Below are positions 6,196 to 8,054 of a stretch of 8,054 nt of DNA, in pieces. The DNA is from a virus. The DNA is taken from the UHGV virus genome UHGV-0324772, one strand, 5' to 3'. A model generated the notes under the pieces. That model was not told the origin of the DNA. It did not search any database and worked only from the letters and a program-made list of their open reading frames with translations. The position numbers were made by a program, and so were the translations under genes. Positions within the stretch are counted from its first letter, which is position 1; each line of letters opens with the position of its first letter.

Positions 6196-6231
6196 GCTTA
6201 CACCCTTTTATATAACAATTTACTACAACAT

Positions 6232-6459
6232 TTATGTCCGCCATTCCCCCCTAATCCATGCCTGAACTTCGGAGAGACGGTAAGCTACCGCAGTAGCGCC
6301 AATCTTGATCCGCTTAGGAAATTTTCCTTCCTTCTCCAGCTTCCAGCGTGTGCTGTTCGCAAGAGTGGTTAGCTCCCGACATTCTTTCTCACGGATCATA
6401 CGATCAATGTTAGGAATGTACTCCAGACCCTTTTTATCAACAATTGCCATTTTTTTCAT
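6232..6459 (-). CDS. alpA: AlpA/Vis-family small DNA-binding regulator or excisionase-like protein
   Basis: 75 aa; the central segment resembles AlpA-family (PF05930-type) prophage regulators; lies 1 nt downstream of the integrase stop on the same strand. Confidence 0.7.
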   Translation of the reverse strand: MKKMAIVDKKGLEYIPNIDRMIREKECRELTTLANSTRWKLEKEGKFPKRIKIGATAVAYRLSEVQAWIRGEWRT

Positions 6460-6460
6460 G

Positions 6461-7696
6461 TTAACCAGCCTTTTGTTTGAGGATTGTCACTTTTGAATCA
6501 GCACCTGCGATGCTATTGAGATATGTAGTCCAGAGTTCCAGAGCATCCAGTTTTTTAGCCATAAACTTACTCCGATTGTAAACACCTGCCACGCCAGGTA
6601 GCGCATGGCCTAACAGTTGTTCTACTACATAAAATTCAACACCGAGATCACTTAGATGAGTAGATAGCGTTCTTCTAAGGTCGTGTAGTGACCATTGTTT
6701 TTCATGGCCCAAACGTTTACCGATTTTCCCCCCAATCTTGCTTACGCTTTCTCTAATTCGCAGACTTCCCAGCACATAACCAGTATGTTTTGTCTCTTCG
6801 TGAACATCCGTTACCCACTGTCGTAGAATTTCAGGTACTGGTCTGACGATTTCAACACCAGTTTTTGAGTGATCTTTTGGTACAGTCCAAACCCAACTTT
6901 CGAGATCCCATTCGCTCCATTCTGATAATCGGGCTTCACTCATTCGACATCCAAATACTGTACAAAGCACAAACATTTTTCGCGTGTATTCAGACATTAG
7001 TTTTAAATCAGGCTCGACAAAAATTGCCTTCCAGAGCTGGCCGAGTTCGGCTTCATCCAGAACCCGATCCCGCTTACCTGCAATCTGCCCCACATCACTC
7101 ATGCGCAAATCCTTTAAAGCATCACACGTCGCGTACTGGCGTACCCGACAAAAACGAAGAGCTAATTTAGTGTCAGAAAAAACATACGCCGCCATAACTG
7201 GTGCATTACGTTTAATTCGGTCAAAACAGTCCAGCCATTCATATAGGTGAGTGTCATTTACGGGCAAATGACCGATATAGGGAAAGATATGCTTTCGAAA
7301 TCTGCCAAGCGTTACAGCATGAGTTTTACGACGCACCTTACAGTAATTTTCATACCAGTAATTTAGTGCATCCTCCACTGTGACCGGCTTTAAGCGTTCT
7401 TCAGCCTGAATCTTAATCTGGATACGCGGATCACGTTTGTCAGCCAACCAACCACGGCACTCGTCGCGCTTTTCCCTTGCCTGTTTGAGTGACATATCAG
7501 GATATTTACCCAACGTTAGCCAGACCGGAGCAGCCCGGCCACCTGCTAACCTGTAGAAGAAAACAAAGCTCACAGCCCCTTTAGTACTCACACGAATAGA
7601 AAGCCCCTTTCCATCAGCAATGGTGATCTGCTTTTCTCTGGGTTTCCCCAGATATCCTTTAAGCGCTTTGTCGCTCAGTTTGTTCTCGCCAGCCAT
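6461..7696 (-). CDS. int: Tyrosine site-specific integrase, P4-like family
   Basis: Track ORF 6461..7747; likely start at ATG 7696 (MAGENKLSDKALKGYLGKP...ADGKGLSIRV resembles the P4-type N-terminal arm-binding domain). C-terminal catalytic signatures HDLRRT and LLGH...GVYNRS (Tyr). Confidence 0.9.
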   Translation of the reverse strand: MAGENKLSDKALKGYLGKPREKQITIADGKGLSIRVSTKGAVSFVFFYRLAGGRAAPVWLTLGKYPDMSLKQAREKRDECRGWLADKRDPRIQIKIQAEERLKPVTVEDALNYWYENYCKVRRKTHAVTLGRFRKHIFPYIGHLPVNDTHLYEWLDCFDRIKRNAPVMAAYVFSDTKLALRFCRVRQYATCDALKDLRMSDVGQIAGKRDRVLDEAELGQLWKAIFVEPDLKLMSEYTRKMFVLCTVFGCRMSEARLSEWSEWDLESWVWTVPKDHSKTGVEIVRPVPEILRQWVTDVHEETKHTGYVLGSLRIRESVSKIGGKIGKRLGHEKQWSLHDLRRTLSTHLSDLGVEFYVVEQLLGHALPGVAGVYNRSKFMAKKLDALELWTTYLNSIAGADSKVTILKQKAG

Positions 7697-7828
7697 TTTT
7701 AGCCCCAAAAAGCAATACAAGCTGCAATACAGAGATGATTGCAACACACAGATAACGAGGAAAATTCAGTGAAAGCGCCAGATAAACTTATTCTTTATTA
7801 TCAAAAGATTAAGTGTAAAAACCAGCAA

Positions 7829-8054
7829 CTACACGAAAGCCTCAGAAAGCCATGCTAAGTGCTTCGGCTTGACATATCCCGGTGTAAATTCAGAGGTGGA
7901 GCCGCCACGGGAGCGGATAACCTCACCGGAAACAATCGGCGAAACGTACAGCGCCATGTTTACCAGTCCCGGAATTTGTGAGAGATAGACTTTCTCCGTG
8001 GTGAAGGGATAGCTCTCACGGAAAAAGAGACGCAGAAACAGCGGATCAAACTTA
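7829..8054 (-). pseudogene. Lambda gpE (major capsid) N-terminal fragment, truncated; start lies beyond the window end
   Basis: Minus-strand translation from the window edge, KFDPLFLRLFFRESYPFTTEKVYLSQIPGLVNMALYVSPIVSGEVIRSRGGSTSEFTPGYVKPKH, matches lambda gpE residues about 17-82 as I recall them, then runs into 9 unrelated codons and a stop at 7829-7831. Confidence 0.7.

Noticed and set aside
228-7250. Remaining track ORFs inside or antisense to stronger genes (228..476+, 391..663-, 557..742+, 1218..1568+, 1526..1894+, 1701..1976+, 2249..2446+, 2277..2483+, 3007..3429+, 3014..3271-, 3398..3580-, 3542..3787+, 3809..4003-, 3855..4046+, 3916..4158+, 4575..4877+, 5813..6031+, 6305..6496+, 6865..7170+, 6984..7250+)
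   Set aside because: Each overlaps a longer ORF with clear homology or operon context and has no motif of its own; 3007..3429+ and 3014..3271- also read through adapter sequence.
1260-7700. Canonical P4 late genes (sid, delta, psu) or cos site
   Set aside because: No ORF in the window resembles them and they cannot be placed; the element is better described as P4-like/PICI-like with integrase, alpA, alpha and iterons than as a complete P4.
7697-7747. N-terminal extension of the integrase ORF (MLQSSLYCSLYCFLGLK)
   Set aside because: The conserved integrase N-terminus begins at MAGENKLSDKALK (ATG 7696); the extension is Cys/Leu-rich and unlike integrase N-termini.
7697-7860. Possible tRNA or att site next to the integrase
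   Set aside because: No tRNA-like features (conserved T-arm GTTCGA-type motif, acceptor stem pairing, CCA end) are visible; the sequence runs directly into a gpE fragment.

Overview
This window looks like an enterobacterial (E. coli-like) mobile-element mosaic, all major genes on the minus strand. The core (about 1260-7700) is a P4-like / PICI-like satellite module: tyrosine integrase, AlpA/Vis-family regulator, an AT-rich cargo gene, a divergent promoter/operator switch, three coupled small ORFs, a P4 alpha-type primase/helicase and a downstream TGTTCACC iteron cluster (crr/ori-like), followed by a small ORF and an SSB-like gene. The best candidate for an undescribed system is the cargo gene (5320-6195): a 291-aa protein with an unassigned N-terminal domain and a C-terminal TIR-like (COG4271/PF10137-type) domain, sitting where satellites carry anti-phage cargo. 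The module is flanked by lambda-like head gene fragments: a C-terminally truncated gpE-like capsid gene and a gpD-like fragment on the left, and a lambda gpE N-terminal fragment on the right. Major caveat: an exact 58-nt Illumina TruSeq universal adapter sits at 3016-3073 inside the alpha gene, next to a strand-switched alpha fragment bounded by a 38-nt inverted repeat, so at least this part is very probably an assembly artefact. No tRNA, rRNA, CRISPR array or IS element was recognised. All homology calls are from reading the translations by eye and from memory of the lambda and P4 proteins; none was searched against a database.
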